This document shows positions 62,400 through 64,000 of a DNA stretch of 64,000 nucleotides, in pieces. The number at the start of each line of letters is the position of its first letter. Position 1 is the stretch's first letter. A program made the translations under genes and the position numbers. The notes under the pieces were generated by a model. That model did not search any database. It was not told the origin of the DNA and worked only from the letters and a program-made list of their open reading frames with translations. Source of the stretch: Octopus sinensis (taxonomy: Eukaryota); the NCBI RefSeq assembly GCF_006345805.1, contig NC_043004.1:75640001-75704000 (forward strand), given 5' to 3'.

Positions 62400-63300
62400 A
62401 ATCATAAAGCGTTTCAAACTTATTGTGTGAGATGTCCAGTGACTAAAACGAGTCTTGCTGCACAAATCTTGAAAGATAAGAAACAAAACTTGTTACTAGA
62501 AGAAAAAAAAGCTGTAACAAATTTCAAATTTTCGGTTAATGTTTAATGAACAACTTTAAGGTAATTTATTCATCAGGTACGTCTAGACGTTTGTGGAGAT
62601 TCAAAATTCGCGCTTCTTGATAAGGAAGTAGGTCATTAAGCAGCCCAAAAGATGAGCTTAAAACCCAAAGCAGCCCAAAGATGGGCTGAGCTTATGAATT
62701 TACAAATGTAGAATAAACAAAAATATATGTCCATGACATTATTCGATTCGATTTATTGGAGAAACGTAAATTCATTTAGAAATATTACAATATTGTCGTC
62801 TTAATTAAAGCCGAGGATCGGAGACCTTTTAAAAAAACTCACTTAACGATTACACAATGTGCATTGAGATGATTGTCAGATGCGCCTTCCATGCACGGCG
62901 TGATATTTACTTTTGATTGACGAAAGAAACTCCACGTCTCTTTTCATTGTGTTCCTCTAATATATATAAAGCAAACACTTTGTTGTTGGGATGTACGAAA
63001 CGAAAACCGGTTCAGAGTGTAAGAAACGGTTTGGCCAGTTGATTTCCTCGCATTTTGTTGTCCGCCATTATATGTACATTAAACGAAAGATTGCTCACGG
63101 CATTCTTTCGGTATGAAAGATTGCCTACATCTGCAATCCTTCGTCGGTGGAGTTTCGGATCAGGACGTCTGTATTAAGCCAATTTCCTGTAATCAGGATA
63201 TTCATTATACCACGCACTATCCTCATTTACGAAGGGAGCTTCTATGCGATCGCTCGACTTACTAGAAACAGCGGCCGAATCTCCTCGAATGAAGAACAAA
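62400..63300 (-). promoter_or_regulatory. TE-poor, CpG-retaining region with an adjacent E2F-like/CHR motif; candidate cell-cycle promoter (possibly top2, possibly bidirectional)
   Basis: Minus strand GCGCGAATTTTGAA at 62600-62613; further TTTGAA at 62523-62528 and 62413-62418; CCAAT boxes near 62755 and 63180; CCGCCATT (YY1-like) near 63062. Confidence 0.4.
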
Positions 63301-63785
63301 AAATCCATGTTTAAAATGTAAATGAGATCAGAACACCTGTGATTTTAAAACAAATGCGAAATAATAATTTGGTCATTATATTTTAGCAAATTATAAATAG
63401 TGAGACTACTAAATTAATGTTTTCATTATTTTCTTTAAAAAATTTGGGGAGACAAGAGTGTTTTGTCTTGATCCCTACTCAAATATATCCTATCGACTTA
63501 AAAGAAAGACACTTTAAACAATGTCTATAGAGGAAATGGTTGCAGTTGAAACGTTGAGCCTAGATCTTAATCAATAGGAGCTGATCTGAGGCTAAACAGA
63601 CCAAAGGACTTTTTAACCCAATATTTATACGCTTTTCGACATTGAGTTCAACTGTTAAAAACATATTACTAGTGTGTAAATATAACACACACGAAAACGA
63701 TTCGCTCTAACATCGGAAGACATTAAAAATAGCAACAACATCGTTGAAGAAAGCTTGGAAACGTGTGTGTGTGCATGCATGTATG

Positions 63786-63825
<40 letters not shown>

Positions 63826-64000
63826 TGATCGAATCTTTTTTCACCACTATTTCGTTTCTATCTTACTCTTTCAATGCCCCTCAACCATTTACTCAAACGT
63901 TCAGGCATTGAGGACTAAATAATTATAAAATTTGGACCATTTGTCCAAACAAGACTTGAGGCAAAATATTTATTTTTTTGATTTAACATGTTTCAAGTGA

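Noticed and set aside
62843-62892. Minus-strand ATG...AA|GTGAGT (MEGASDNHLNAHCVIV) as the top2 first coding exon
   Set aside because: The donor is in phase 2, but the exon at 22450 needs phase 0. It could still be an untranslated or non-adjacent exon.
63255-63295. Perfect GTAAGT donor on minus as the end of a top2 exon
   Set aside because: The sequence is a copy of a dispersed repeat (ctagaaaYagcagc.aaa..tc) also seen near 23505, 27470 and 57400.

Overview
AT-rich eukaryotic genomic DNA, most likely from an octopus or other coleoid cephalopod (inferred from the repeat families, not proven). The one host gene is a eukaryotic type IIA DNA topoisomerase (top2) on the minus strand. Nine canonical GT-AG exons between 22450 and 823 splice in frame into 402 codons, covering the GHKL ATPase and transducer domains (EILVNAADN, WNNGKGIP, GGRNGYGAKL and QTK motifs intact). 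The gene runs off the left edge, and its short first coding exon could not be fixed; candidates lie near 38.8 kb, and a CHR/E2F-type promoter candidate lies near 62.6 kb. The rest is intronic or intergenic DNA packed with mobile elements. These include a young 5'-truncated RTE LINE with a PHD finger inside its RT, tRNA-derived SINEs, Penelope-like fragments with minimal hammerhead motifs, piggyBac, Tc1/mariner, hAT and Helitron/Helentron elements, tandem arrays and microsatellites. The most notable observations are: (1) two young copies of a non-autonomous element with the RTE tail whose left ends sit on a G-quadruplex motif, each abutting a truncated tandem duplication; (2) an interlocked double-hammerhead-like structured segment at 6.8-7.0 kb; (3) a roughly 1.5-kb duplication carrying a frameshifted copy of a top2 exon; and (4) several long foldback elements from unrelated TE classes. 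All alignments and folds were done by eye; TE boundaries without a stated TSD are approximate.
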